This document shows, one piece after another, positions 9,804 through 19,614 of a DNA stretch of 64,000 nt (within the stretch, counting starts at the first letter, position 1; each line of letters starts with the position of its first letter). This stretch comes from a bacterium (GTDB lineage Bacteria; Krumholzibacteriota; Krumholzibacteriia; Krumholzibacteriales; Krumholzibacteriaceae), in assembly GCA_020350885.1 (NCBI GenBank), contig CP070727.1, positions 757,007 to 821,006 on the forward strand, written 5' to 3'. A model generated the notes under the pieces. The model saw nothing but the letters and a program-made list of their open reading frames with translations. It had not been told where the DNA came from and did no database searches. A program made the translations under genes and the position numbers.

Positions 9804-10782
9804 CTCTGTTCTCCGTACGCAGCAACTCGATAACCGATTCGAAGTCGGCGGGCAGTGACGCAGTGAAGGTGAGCTCATCGCCCGTTACAGGGTGCACGAA
9901 CGATAATTCCCCCGCATGGAGGGCCTGCCGCTCTATGAGCTTCAGGGCCTTACCGGCAATCTCGACTTCATGTTTCGAGAGCGAACCCTTCCGTAACTTC
10001 CGCCCGCCATATACCGGATCACCCAGCACCGGGTGCCCCGTATGGGAGAGGTGAACACGTATCTGGTGTGTCCGCCCCGTCCATAATTTTAACCTAATAT
10101 ACTGGAACGGACTGAAGGTGTCTAGCACATAGTAAGTGGTTGCCGCATCCCGCCCTTTATCCACAACGACCGCCATCTTCTTGCGGTTGCCGGGGGATCT
10201 GCCGACCGGGAGCTCTATTGTATCGGTCGTAGCAGGCATCTCGCCCCAGACGAGCGCCAGGTAGATCCGCCGCACACGCCGATCCATCAGCTGGCGGCTC
10301 AAAGAGATGTGTACCTCATCACTCTTTGCAACGACGAGCAGCCCAGACGTACCCCGATCGAGACGGTGAACGATACCGGGTCTCATGACACCGCCGATCC
10401 CGGAAAGGTTCGTACAGTGAGCGAGGAGGGCATGGACGAGGGTGCCGTGCTCGTGCCCCGGGGCCGGATGGACGACCATCCCCGGTTCCTTGTTCACAAC
10501 GAGGAGGTGCTCGTCCTCGAAGCGGACATCGAGTGGGATCGCCTCGGGTGTCACTTCGAGCGGGCGGGGTGGGCTGAAGGTGAGCTCGATCTGCTCCCCC
10601 TCATGAACCTTGTGTGCGGATTTGGCCACCGGCGAGCCGTCCACGAGCACATCGCCAGCACGGATCGCCTTTTGGATCCTCGAACGGGAGAGCTCCGGGA
10701 TCTGAGCGCTCAGAAAAACATCGAGGCGCTCCCCGCCATCCTCTTCATCGACGAGATAGCGGAAGTAGCGCCTATCGTTCAA
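9784..10782 (-). CDS. rluD: S4-domain RluA/RluD-family 23S rRNA pseudouridine synthase
   Basis: RLDVFL S4 domain, VNKEPGMVVHP, HRLDRGTSG catalytic Asp, TGRTHQIRVH. Confidence 0.9.
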   Translation of the reverse strand: MNDRRYFRYLVDEEDGGERLDVFLSAQIPELSRSRIQKAIRAGDVLVDGSPVAKSAHKVHEGEQIELTFSPPRPLEVTPEAIPLDVRFEDEHLLVVNKEPGMVVHPAPGHEHGTLVHALLAHCTNLSGIGGVMRPGIVHRLDRGTSGLLVVAKSDEVHISLSRQLMDRRVRRIYLALVWGEMPATTDTIELPVGRSPGNRKKMAVVVDKGRDAATTYYVLDTFSPFQYIRLKLWTGRTHQIRVHLSHTGHPVLGDPVYGGRKLRKGSLSKHEVEIAGKALKLIERQALHAGELSFVHPVTGDELTFTASLPADFESVIELLRTENRGAGSAT

Positions 10783-11290
10783 CGGAGTTCCCCCGAGATG
10801 CGGCGGTGGTTTCCTCTTCCGAAGTCCGAGTTGCGGGTTCCTCCGGCTCCGTATGCCGGACGAAACCGAGTATCAAAAGGAAGGCACCGATCGTCACGGC
10901 CATATCGGCTACATTGTATGTAGGCCAGCGGAGATTGCCGATACCCATATCGATGAAATCGAGTACCTCGCCGGTGGCAATACGGTCGATGAGATTGCCG
11001 AATGCACCACCGAGGATGAGGCCAAGGTAGACCCGCTTGCGCACGGGGGCGTAACGCATACGGTACGCAAAATAGACGAGAGCGACGATCGCTATGATCG
11101 TCACAGTCAGAAGCAAGGGTTTGGCACCCGAGAGCAGCCCCATAATGGCACCGGTGTTCCTGCTCAGGGATATGCGCAGCACACCATCCAGAACATCGGT
11201 CCCACCGCTGTGCTTGTAGATTTCCCAGATTATACGTTTGGAGGCCTGATCAAGAATGACAACCAGTGCGGCGACTGAGAAGTAGAGCAC
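10772..11290 (-). CDS. lspA: Lipoprotein signal peptidase II
   Basis: NTGA, GGAFGNLIDR, VLDFID, YNVAD; 4 TM. Confidence 0.93.
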   Translation of the reverse strand: MLYFSVAALVVILDQASKRIIWEIYKHSGGTDVLDGVLRISLSRNTGAIMGLLSGAKPLLLTVTIIAIVALVYFAYRMRYAPVRKRVYLGLILGGAFGNLIDRIATGEVLDFIDMGIGNLRWPTYNVADMAVTIGAFLLILGFVRHTEPEEPATRTSEEETTAASRGNSVER

Positions 11291-11296
11291 CGATCA

Positions 11297-11698
11297 TTAT
11301 CTCCTCTGCTTTTCGTGCTTGCTCTTGCAGGCGATGCAGAACTTTGCACCCGGTACGACTTCGAGCCGCTTGAGTGAGATCAAACAGCCGCATTCCATGC
11401 ACTTCCCGTACTCGCCACGCTCGATCCGCTCGAGTGCCTCATCGAGGGAACGGAGGTAGTGACCCTCCTGGCTGGCATAGTAGAAGTTCTTCTCCTTCTC
11501 CATGTAGTCGGTGCCGAGATCAGCAAGGTGGTTCGAGTATGAATGTTTCGAGCCCTCTGAATCATTGCTCGCCTCGTTGATCGATTCCTCGATCCTTCCG
11601 AGCTGCTTGAGAATCCGCTCACGCTCGGCGAGTATCTTCTTTTTGAAATGCTCGACTTCCCTCTTTGTCAGCTTTGTCTTTTTCTTCTTGGTTGCCAT
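11297..11698 (-). CDS. dksA: TraR/DksA-family C4 zinc-finger regulator
   Basis: Coiled coil with HLADLGTD tip; CxxC..RL..P..CxxC. Confidence 0.8.
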   Translation of the reverse strand: MATKKKKTKLTKREVEHFKKKILAERERILKQLGRIEESINEASNDSEGSKHSYSNHLADLGTDYMEKEKNFYYASQEGHYLRSLDEALERIERGEYGKCMECGCLISLKRLEVVPGAKFCIACKSKHEKQRR

Positions 11699-11729
11699 CG
11701 TTGTTCTCCTTAGATACGAGAGACGGAGT

Positions 11730-14700
11730 TTATAACCGTCTCATAGCAAGTTCAACCTTGAACTCGTTCAACATGAAGGTGGTCTTGAACTGCCAGTCTC
11801 GTTCACCTTCCTCGAGCCTCTCTGCCAGGATCTCGGAGCGGATATGCTCACCGTACTCCTCGAAGACCTCCGTAAGCTCGCTTGGTGCACTATAGCATAA
11901 CTCGATCCGGTCACTGACTTCAAGTCCTGACTCCTTACGGAAGTTTTGAATACGGTTTACGAGGTCGCGGGCCACCCCCTCACGGACAAGCTCGGGGGTG
12001 AGGCGTGTGTCCACAATAACTGTCAGACTGCCTTCCACCTCGGCCGCGAAACCTTCCGCCGTTACTTGCAGGATTTGTACCTCTTCCTTCGTTATAACCT
12101 CTTTTTTGCCATCAATTTCAATCTCGACTTCACCGGAGTCGATGAGTTTCCTTTGTTGAACGCCACCAAGCGATTCGAGTGCCATCGCCGCCTGCTTCAT
12201 CGTCTTGCCCAGGCGCTTGCCAAGGACCGAGTATTCGGGTTTAACGCTGTAACTTATTAATTTTGAAGTGTCTTCTAGAAACGCGATCTTCTTCACGTTG
12301 AGCTCGTCGGCCACGAGTGCCGCCAATTCCTCCCTTTTCAGCCATGCAAGATCGCCCTGGTAGCTATTATGAACCAGCATCTCGGCCACCGGTGTGCGAA
12401 CCTTGATTCCGACCTTGTTCCGCACCGCCCTGCCGAGGGTTACCGCTCGAAGCACCCCCTGCATGTTGCGCTCGAGATCCGTATCTATAAGTTTTTCATT
12501 TACAATAGGATACCGTTCGAGATGGACGCTGTTGGCCTCTGTTCCCACCGATCCAGCGCTCCTGCCCCGACCCTCCTTTTCGTCCCGACGAGCACCGGCC
12601 TCGCCGACACCCGCTCTATCGACACTCCCCGGACTCTCCCCCCGCAGATTCAGATATACCGCCTCACTGAGGAATGGGACGAAGGGAGCAGCCAGCAGGG
12701 CCATGCCCGTAAGGACATGGCGGAATGTTTCATAGGCTGCAAGCTTATCCCCGCTCATCTCGTTCTTCCAGAAACGGCGGCGCGAGCGGCGCAGGTACCA
12801 GTTACTGACCTCGTCGATCACGAAGCCCTGAATGGACCGGGCGGCCCGTGTAAGCTCGTATTGTTCCATCGAATCCGTAACCTCACGCACTACCGAGTTC
12901 AGCCGGGAGAGGATCCAGCGATCGATCAGGTTCGTCGTATCGAGCTTCCCCGTGGGTGTGAAGTCATCGATTTCTGCGTAGAGGGCAAAAAAGTTATAGA
13001 GATTTCGAAGCGTGCCGAGGAACTTGTTGGCTGTATCCTTCAGGGCGGACATATCGAAGCGCTTGGAGAGCCACGGCGCACCGCCGGTCATTAGGTACCA
13101 GCGTATTGCATCTGCACCCTCGGTCTTGAGCACATCGATCGCAAGGACCGCATTCCCCCGGCTCTTGCTCATCTTCTGCCCCTCCGCATCGAGAACCATT
13201 CCGTGCGGGAGACAACGCTTGTAGGGGTTCTGCTTCGTGAGGAACGCACCGATCACGAGCAGCGAATAGAACCAGCCGCGGGACTGTTCGACGCCCTCGC
13301 TGATGAAGTCGGCCGGATACTGTTCACGGAAGAGATCCATGTTTTCGTGCGGGTAATGGTACTGGGCGAACGGCATCGAGCCCGAGTCGAACCAGCAATC
13401 GATCACCTCGGGGACCCGGTTCATCTTCCCGCCGCACTCGGGGCATCCCACATCGAGCTCGTCGATAAAAGGCTTGTGCAGGTCGAACTCATCGCCGAAC
13501 GGCTCGGCGATGGAGCGAAGCTCCTCGACGCTTCCGATGCAGTACTTCTCCCCGCAAGATTCACATATCCAGATGTTGAGGGGCGTGCCCCAGTAACGCT
13601 CACGGCTCAGGGCCCAATCGACGTTTCCCTCGAGCCACCGCGTGAACCTGTTCTCCCCGATCTCGGGAGGGTGCCATTCTATCTTCGAGTTGGCCTCGAG
13701 GAGTAGATCCTTGAACGCCGTCGTCTTGATGTACCACGACCGCCTCGCGTAGTAGACGAGCGGAGACTTGCATCGCCAGCAGAAGGGATAGGCGTGCTCG
13801 TACAAACCGGAACGATAGAGGATCCCGCGCTCTTCGAGATCCTCGATGATCTCCGGATCGGCGTCTTTGATGAAGCGCCCCGCCCATTTCGTGACCTCGC
13901 CGGTGAAACGCCCTCGCTCGTCGACCGGTTGGACGAACGGAAGCCCCTCCCTGAGGCCCGCCTGATAGTCGTCCTCGCCGAACGCCGGCGCCATGTGCAC
14001 GATCCCGGTCCCCTCGATCAACGTGACGAAGTCGGCGCCGATGACGCGGAAACCACCCTCCGCATCCTTGAAATAGGGAAAACACGGTTCATAGCGCTTG
14101 CCGACGAGCTCTCGACCCTTGATACGTTCGAGAACCTCACGTTCGCCGTCGAGGACATGCAGGAGCGCCTCTGCCAGGATCAGTACCTCATCGTTGTGCC
14201 GTACGCGAACGTAGTCGAAATCGGGACCGACCGCCAGGGCGACATTCGAAAGCAGTGTCCACGGCGTTGTGGTCCAGACGAGAAAGAAGGCATCCTCATC
14301 CACGACCTTGAGCTTTATGGTGACCGATGGATCCTTGATATCCTGATAACCCTGAGAAACCTCGTGACTCGAGAGGGCCGTGCCGCACCGGGGGCAGTAC
14401 GGCACGATCTTGTGTCCCTCGAAGAGCATATCCTGATCCCAGAACTGTTGCAGAATCCACCAGACGGACTCGATATACTCGTTCGTGCAGGTAACGTATG
14501 GGTCGTCCAGATCGAGCCAGAAGCCGTGCCTTCGTGTAAACTCGTGCCACTCGTCGAGGTACCTGAATACGCTCTTGCGGCACTCCGCGTTGAACCGGGC
14601 AATGCCGAACTTCTCGATCTGGTCCTTGCCGTCGAGGCCGAGCTGCTCCTCGACCTCGATCTCCACGGGAAGCCCGTGCGTATCCCATCCGGCTTTCCGT

Positions 14701-14978
14701 ACCACTCGGCAGCCCTGCATCGTCATGTAACGGTTCACGAGGTCCTTGATCGTGCGGGAGAGGGCGTGGTGCACGCCGGGTCTCCCATTGGCCGTCGGCG
14801 GCCCCTCGTAAAAGACGAACGAATTCTCGTGGGGCCGCTCCTCGACGCTGCGGCGGAAGATTCCGTGCCTTTCCCAGTAGCCCAGGACCGCCTCCTCGGT
14901 CTCCAGGGCACGCTGCTGGGGCGGCAGAACCTGATAGCGCTTGCCGTTACTGGTCTTATGTGTTTCGTTCTCAGCCAT
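11730..14978 (-). CDS. ileS: Isoleucyl-tRNA synthetase, type 2, with GVHH in place of HIGH
   Basis: EGPPTANG, GWDTHGLPVE, WTTTPWTL, GTGIVHMAPAFGEDD, DWALSRERYWGTP, KMSKS; no C-terminal Zn finger. Confidence 0.98.
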   Translation of the reverse strand: MAENETHKTSNGKRYQVLPPQQRALETEEAVLGYWERHGIFRRSVEERPHENSFVFYEGPPTANGRPGVHHALSRTIKDLVNRYMTMQGCRVVRKAGWDTHGLPVEIEVEEQLGLDGKDQIEKFGIARFNAECRKSVFRYLDEWHEFTRRHGFWLDLDDPYVTCTNEYIESVWWILQQFWDQDMLFEGHKIVPYCPRCGTALSSHEVSQGYQDIKDPSVTIKLKVVDEDAFFLVWTTTPWTLLSNVALAVGPDFDYVRVRHNDEVLILAEALLHVLDGEREVLERIKGRELVGKRYEPCFPYFKDAEGGFRVIGADFVTLIEGTGIVHMAPAFGEDDYQAGLREGLPFVQPVDERGRFTGEVTKWAGRFIKDADPEIIEDLEERGILYRSGLYEHAYPFCWRCKSPLVYYARRSWYIKTTAFKDLLLEANSKIEWHPPEIGENRFTRWLEGNVDWALSRERYWGTPLNIWICESCGEKYCIGSVEELRSIAEPFGDEFDLHKPFIDELDVGCPECGGKMNRVPEVIDCWFDSGSMPFAQYHYPHENMDLFREQYPADFISEGVEQSRGWFYSLLVIGAFLTKQNPYKRCLPHGMVLDAEGQKMSKSRGNAVLAIDVLKTEGADAIRWYLMTGGAPWLSKRFDMSALKDTANKFLGTLRNLYNFFALYAEIDDFTPTGKLDTTNLIDRWILSRLNSVVREVTDSMEQYELTRAARSIQGFVIDEVSNWYLRRSRRRFWKNEMSGDKLAAYETFRHVLTGMALLAAPFVPFLSEAVYLNLRGESPGSVDRAGVGEAGARRDEKEGRGRSAGSVGTEANSVHLERYPIVNEKLIDTDLERNMQGVLRAVTLGRAVRNKVGIKVRTPVAEMLVHNSYQGDLAWLKREELAALVADELNVKKIAFLEDTSKLISYSVKPEYSVLGKRLGKTMKQAAMALESLGGVQQRKLIDSGEVEIEIDGKKEVITKEEVQILQVTAEGFAAEVEGSLTVIVDTRLTPELVREGVARDLVNRIQNFRKESGLEVSDRIELCYSAPSELTEVFEEYGEHIRSEILAERLEEGERDWQFKTTFMLNEFKVELAMRRL

Positions 14979-15149
14979 CTTTCGGTTCCATTATTATGTA
15001 TTGATCTTCATAACTATCAATATAATATAGAGTTGCCAAAATCGGGCTTCCCCGATTACTCGTCCGCGCTTGCCCCGGACATATGGACGTGGATCGTCGT
15101 GGTTCGGGAACTTACTTTTATAATGAAATATAAGGCCGATGTCAAGGGT

Positions 15150-15974
15150 CTATGCCTTTTTTAGAAACTCCATCACCAGCTTGCAGAGTTTCGCCTCCCC
15201 CTTCCTGGCGACGGCGATGATCTCGGCGATATTGATCGGTTCGAGGCAGTCCGGCAATGCCTTGTCTGTCACAACCGATATCCCGAGCACCTTCATCCCA
15301 CCGTGGACGGCGGCGAGGTTCTCGGGGACCATCGACATGCCGACGACATCGGCTCCGATGCGGCGAAGAAAGCGGTACTCAGCGGCAGTCTCGAGGTTGG
15401 GCCCGGCGACGGAGACGAGAACGGCGCGCTTCACCGGGATCCTCGCATCGAGGGCCACATTTTCGAATAGTTTGATATACTTTCGATTATAGGGCTCGCT
15501 CATATCGGGAAAACGGGGACCGAGCCGCTCGTCGTTTGGACCGATCAACGGATTATCCCCCATGAAATTGATGTGATCCGTGATGACCACGAGGTCGCCG
15601 AGATCGAGATGCGGATTCATCCCACCGACGGCCGAGGTGAGGATCAGTGAGCGTGCACCGAGTGAGCGCATCACGCGCACGGGGAAGGTCACCTGCTGCA
15701 TCGTGTAACCCTCGTAGTAGTGAACCCGCCCCTCCATGGCGATAACCCTCTTTTTCGAAAGGGTGCCGACGATGAGATTACCGGCATGGAGACCGGCCAC
15801 CGTAGAGACGGGGAAGTTCGGTATCTCCTCGTACGGGATCGCCGCTTCGATCTTGATCTTCTTGGCCAAACCGCCCAAGCCGCTCCCCAGCACGATCCCG
15901 AACGCCGGCTTGACCTTGATCCGTTTCCTGACAAATGAAGTACTCTCCCTGATCCTCTCGTAAAGATCGTTCAC
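15150..15974 (-). CDS. punA: Purine-nucleoside phosphorylase (trimeric type)
   Basis: GIVLGSGLG, GRVHYYEG, GPNLETAAE, VGMSMVPE; likely GTG start at 15974 after AAGGGGG. Confidence 0.9.
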   Translation of the reverse strand: MNDLYERIRESTSFVRKRIKVKPAFGIVLGSGLGGLAKKIKIEAAIPYEEIPNFPVSTVAGLHAGNLIVGTLSKKRVIAMEGRVHYYEGYTMQQVTFPVRVMRSLGARSLILTSAVGGMNPHLDLGDLVVITDHINFMGDNPLIGPNDERLGPRFPDMSEPYNRKYIKLFENVALDARIPVKRAVLVSVAGPNLETAAEYRFLRRIGADVVGMSMVPENLAAVHGGMKVLGISVVTDKALPDCLEPINIAEIIAVARKGEAKLCKLVMEFLKKA

Positions 15975-16147
15975 AATCGCCCCCTTATTCGTTCCGATTA
16001 CAACTTTCGTGTAGAGCGGTACCACCGCCGACAGCGTTCATTTGTTATAGAGCAGATCCACGGGCTGCGCCCCTATACATGACACACATGATATACCCAT
16101 GAACGGATAGCCAAATTTATAATTCAAAATGGAGAGGCGGGCAACTG

Positions 16148-16441
16148 TTAATCCTCAGCTATCTCTTCGAGAGTCTGCCGTATCGATTGTGGTGCCGAGA
16201 CGATTTTACAACGGGAGCGTTCACCCGATTCGATCACGATCTCTCGCTTGGTCACGGAGAACTGCTTTGCCAGGAATGCAATGAGCCGCTTGTTTGCTTT
16301 GCCTTTTACAGCAGGGGCAGCAATCCTAACGCGAAGCTCCCCGGCTGCGTTCCAGCCGAGGAGCTCGTCTCGGGGTGCTGAGGGTTGGACATGCACGCGG
16401 AATCCAACCCTGTCATTTTGTCTACTATTGATCTCCCTCAT
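16148..16441 (-). CDS. DUF167 (YggU/UPF0235) protein
   Basis: VHVQP.A, RIAAPAVKGKAN..LI.FLA, IESGERSR.K. Confidence 0.85.
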   Translation of the reverse strand: MREINSRQNDRVGFRVHVQPSAPRDELLGWNAAGELRVRIAAPAVKGKANKRLIAFLAKQFSVTKREIVIESGERSRCKIVSAPQSIRQTLEEIAED

Positions 16442-16513
16442 CCACCCACTGACCTACTGCGATATCTATCGTATTCCGGAGTGGGGACGAACCAGGACTC
16501 TCATACCGTCACC

Positions 16514-18244
16514 CTACTCCTCGTTCCGGCTGAAGTTCGTGAGGTTCTTCCTGAGCTCTTCTAACGACCAGTCTGCGCCGTTCTCCTGTTCGGGCTGCGG
16601 TTGACCCTGAGATGCCGGCTCCCGCGGGGCCTGTCCTTCGGCCTGCGGCCTGGCCTGTCCTTCGGCCTGCGGCCTGGCCTGTGCTTCGGCCTGCGGCTTG
16701 GCCTGTGCTTCGGCCTGCGGCTTGGCCTGTGCTTCGGCCTGCGGCTTGGCCTGTGCTTCGGCCTGCGGCTTGGCCTGTGCTTCGGCCTGCGGTGGTGCCT
16801 GCACCGCCTGCGGCGGCATCTGCACTTCTACCTGGGGGGGAACCTGCTTATTCTGGGGTACCTGTGGCCCGGTAGCCTGTTCCGGTGTGGGTGCAGCCTG
16901 TGGAGCTACCTGCGCCGCCGTCTGTGACTGTCCTCTGTCGGTGCCCGGAATCTCAGTCAGGTTCGAAAGGGCTATCTCGACCTCTTTGTCACTCGGATCG
17001 CTCCCGATTGGTGCCTCCCGTTTTACCTCCCTGGGCACTTCGTATTCATTCCAATCAGGCTTCTCCTCATGGACATTGTAGTCTTTCCACGAATCCTTAG
17101 GCATCTCGGCCTCAGGGACCGTATCGACCTGCTGCTCCTGCATCTCGGGCGTAGGGTACGGTTGCGGTCCGGATTGGGCCGTGGTCGTGATACGACCCTG
17201 CGGTTCTACCGTCCCCTGATCGGCAAGCATGTTGCCCGGGCTCGTCTCAGGCTCGGGATACATGTTTACTTCCACGTTATGTGCAACGTTGTCGTGAACT
17301 TGATCCCCGGTCCAGTTCCCGGCTTCGCCCCTCGGGATTCCGGGACCCTGTTCCATCTGTTGAACAGTAGTGGATTCCCGTGCTGCGTCCGGCGTGTGCA
17401 TAAAATCATCGACAGCACCGATGGGCTGCGTGTCCAGATGAGGCATGGATATCTGTGTGTCACCCTGCCCCTCTGAAGGAGCCGCCGGGGACTCATCGGT
17501 ACCCATCTGGCCGGTCGATTCGCTCTTCGGAGCGGGCTCTATCGTATCTTCAGGGCGTGAGGCCTTCTCCTCGGGAGCGCCTGAAGCCTTGCGACCGGGT
17601 CCCGGCATCTGCGGGCGGGGTTCATCCTCGCGTCTACGCTCATCACCCCAGGTCACCTTGTCCGTGGGATCCGTGGGCCCGTGCGCGAATTCCTCCGTGA
17701 TCTTCTCACGGCTCATTCGCGGTGTCTGCGACTGTTTCGTTGCATCCTCTTCGACCTTCTTGCCTATTTCCTCGATTTCCCTATCTACATGAGCGAAATC
17801 CTCCTCGAATCCTTCGAGCACTTTCCGGTGGCTTTCGATGAGGGTCTTGAGCCGCGTGAGATAGTTGTCTTTCTGTTTCTTGAGATCTAGGATCTCACGG
17901 CGAAGCTGCACCGTATGGGCCCTGATGACCTCGGCGGCCTTCTGCGCCTCCATCTCCGACTCACGGACGATCAGACTTGCCTCACGGCGGGCGTTCTCAC
18001 GCGCTTCTGCGGTCATCTTCTCGGCAGTGAGCAAGGTATTACGAAGATTCGACTCGATTTCTTTGTAATCCTTGAGCTGCCCTTCGAGCTCGACGATCCT
18101 CTCACGCAGCCGCTTGTTGTCGGAGAGCACCACCTCATATTCCTCCGCAACCGTGTTCAGGAACGCATAGACCTCGTCGTTGTCCAGGCCGCGCATCGTC
18201 TTCCGGAATTCCTGCTTTCGAATATCGAGAGGTGTTATCCTCAT
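16514..18244 (-). CDS. divIVA: DivIVA-domain protein with a long Pro/Gln/Glu-rich disordered C-terminal tail
   Basis: MRITPLDIRKQEFRKTMRGLDNDEVYAFL N-terminus and coiled coil; SD GGAGG before ATG 18244; neighbours yggT and DUF167. Confidence 0.85.
   Translation of the reverse strand: MRITPLDIRKQEFRKTMRGLDNDEVYAFLNTVAEEYEVVLSDNKRLRERIVELEGQLKDYKEIESNLRNTLLTAEKMTAEARENARREASLIVRESEMEAQKAAEVIRAHTVQLRREILDLKKQKDNYLTRLKTLIESHRKVLEGFEEDFAHVDREIEEIGKKVEEDATKQSQTPRMSREKITEEFAHGPTDPTDKVTWGDERRREDEPRPQMPGPGRKASGAPEEKASRPEDTIEPAPKSESTGQMGTDESPAAPSEGQGDTQISMPHLDTQPIGAVDDFMHTPDAARESTTVQQMEQGPGIPRGEAGNWTGDQVHDNVAHNVEVNMYPEPETSPGNMLADQGTVEPQGRITTTAQSGPQPYPTPEMQEQQVDTVPEAEMPKDSWKDYNVHEEKPDWNEYEVPREVKREAPIGSDPSDKEVEIALSNLTEIPGTDRGQSQTAAQVAPQAAPTPEQATGPQVPQNKQVPPQVEVQMPPQAVQAPPQAEAQAKPQAEAQAKPQAEAQAKPQAEAQAKPQAEAQARPQAEGQARPQAEGQAPREPASQGQPQPEQENGADWSLEELRKNLTNFSRNEE
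16628..16795 (-). repeat. 7 x 24-bp coding tandem repeat (PQAE[AG]QA[KRP]) in the divIVA tail
   Basis: Unit ggcctgtgcttcggcctgcggctt repeated head to tail with few substitutions. Confidence 0.95.
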
Positions 18245-18305
18245 CGTCCTGCCTCCTATTTTCCACCAAGGTGGAAAGCCCAACGCCCCTTTACCCCGGG
18301 TCCCT

Positions 18306-18566
18306 TTACCGGTAAACCCGCTTTATAGCAAAGGCAATCAACTGAAAAACGGCAATCAGGATAATCGATGCTGGATCAATCCGCCACGCCGGCAGTATCC
18401 GGCGAAGTGGGGTGAGAACCGGTTTGAATATCCTGTCGAGAGTCCGGTAGAGCTTACTCCGGTCTCCCGCCGCCACCTCGAGAAACATATAGATCAAAAT
18501 GACAACTGTCGAGACATTGATAAAAGCAAGTATCAGACCAATCGGATCAGAGATAAAATAATCCAT
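18306..18566 (-). CDS. yggT: YggT-family membrane protein
   Basis: L.RTLDRIFKPVLTPLRRILP..RIDPASIIL; position between yggS and divIVA. Confidence 0.8.
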   Translation of the reverse strand: MDYFISDPIGLILAFINVSTVVILIYMFLEVAAGDRSKLYRTLDRIFKPVLTPLRRILPAWRIDPASIILIAVFQLIAFAIKRVYR

Positions 18567-18722
18567 AATCTTATTTTTTTCAAGAGATTATGATGGTTTT
18601 TTTCATTGTGCTGCCAGGTGCCCGCCCCCGTAAGAATCCTGTTGACCACATTTTTACCAACCAACGCCCTCTCCCAGATTGACATTCTTTCCGGGTACCA
18701 TGTACCCAATAAGCTACATGCC

Positions 18723-19427
18723 TCAGCCAACGCCCCGCTCCCCAAAGAGCACACGCCCCAAGCGCACCATCGTGGAACCCTCGGCGATGGCGATCTCGAA
18801 GTCATCTGTCATCCCCATTGAGAGGTGCTGGATGGAATTATAGTCCGTGCTCTTGTTCTCGATCTCCTCCTTGCACCGGCGCAGGGTCTCGAATGCCTTC
18901 GCCACGACCGCCGTATCCGCCACCCACGGTCCGACTGTCATGAGACCCTTCAGGGTGAGGCCCCTCTTGAGAATGATCTGATCGCTGACCTCTACTATCT
19001 CCTCGGGTGCAAAGCCGTATTTCGAGGTTTCGCCGCTCGTATTCACCTCGAGAAGGATCTTTGTCGCAACCCCCCGCTCCATACCCACTACACTCAGCTT
19101 TTCGGCGAGCTTCAGGGAGTCGACCGAATGGATCAACTCGAAGCGGCCGACGGCCTTGTTGACCTTGTTCGTCTGCAGATGTCCCACGAGGTGCCAGCGG
19201 CAGGGCACACCGACCTCCGTGGATTTCGCAAGGAACTCCTGGATCCGGTTCTCACCGATATCCTCGATCCCCGCTTCGACGGCTGCCGTGACCACTTCGG
19301 GGCCGAAGGTCTTGGTTACCCCCACGATCGTGATTTCCGACTCCGACCTACCTGCCTTATGTGCCGCTTCGCTGATACGCTCACGCACACGTTCGAGGTT
19401 GTCCCGTATAATTATCGATCTTTTCAT
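18723..19427 (-). CDS. yggS: YggS/PLPBP pyridoxal-phosphate homeostasis protein
   Basis: IVGVTKT, GENRIQE, HLVGHLQTNK, LSMGMTDDFE.AI.EGSTMVRLG; start uncertain (19427-19466). Confidence 0.93.
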   Translation of the reverse strand: MKRSIIIRDNLERVRERISEAAHKAGRSESEITIVGVTKTFGPEVVTAAVEAGIEDIGENRIQEFLAKSTEVGVPCRWHLVGHLQTNKVNKAVGRFELIHSVDSLKLAEKLSVVGMERGVATKILLEVNTSGETSKYGFAPEEIVEVSDQIILKRGLTLKGLMTVGPWVADTAVVAKAFETLRRCKEEIENKSTDYNSIQHLSMGMTDDFEIAIAEGSTMVRLGRVLFGERGVG

Positions 19428-19614
19428 GAAATCCAGCAATCCAACCATACACAAGCTCAAGTACAAGTAGGGTAATCGGATCGCATCCAGCCTTCACTAT
19501 CTACTTCAACCCAATTTACATCCTAGCGCTTGCCTATATGGAATGCAATCCCATTCGGCAAGATTCCTACCAGCCATCCCGAAAGTATTCATGGAAGATA
19601 CTCTGATCGGAGAT

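Noticed and set aside
14979-15149. T-box riboswitch upstream of ileS
   Set aside because: Only about 170 nt, with no T-box consensus (GGTGGTACCGCG-like) or terminator/antiterminator visible
13794-15164. 456-aa plus-strand ORF and the many other long antisense/alternate-frame ORFs in the track
   Set aside because: They overlap well-supported genes (here ileS) and have no recognisable motifs; such shadow ORFs are expected in GC-rich coding DNA
16628-16795. 24-bp repeats as a CRISPR array
   Set aside because: Head-to-tail with no spacers, in frame inside divIVA, and no cas genes
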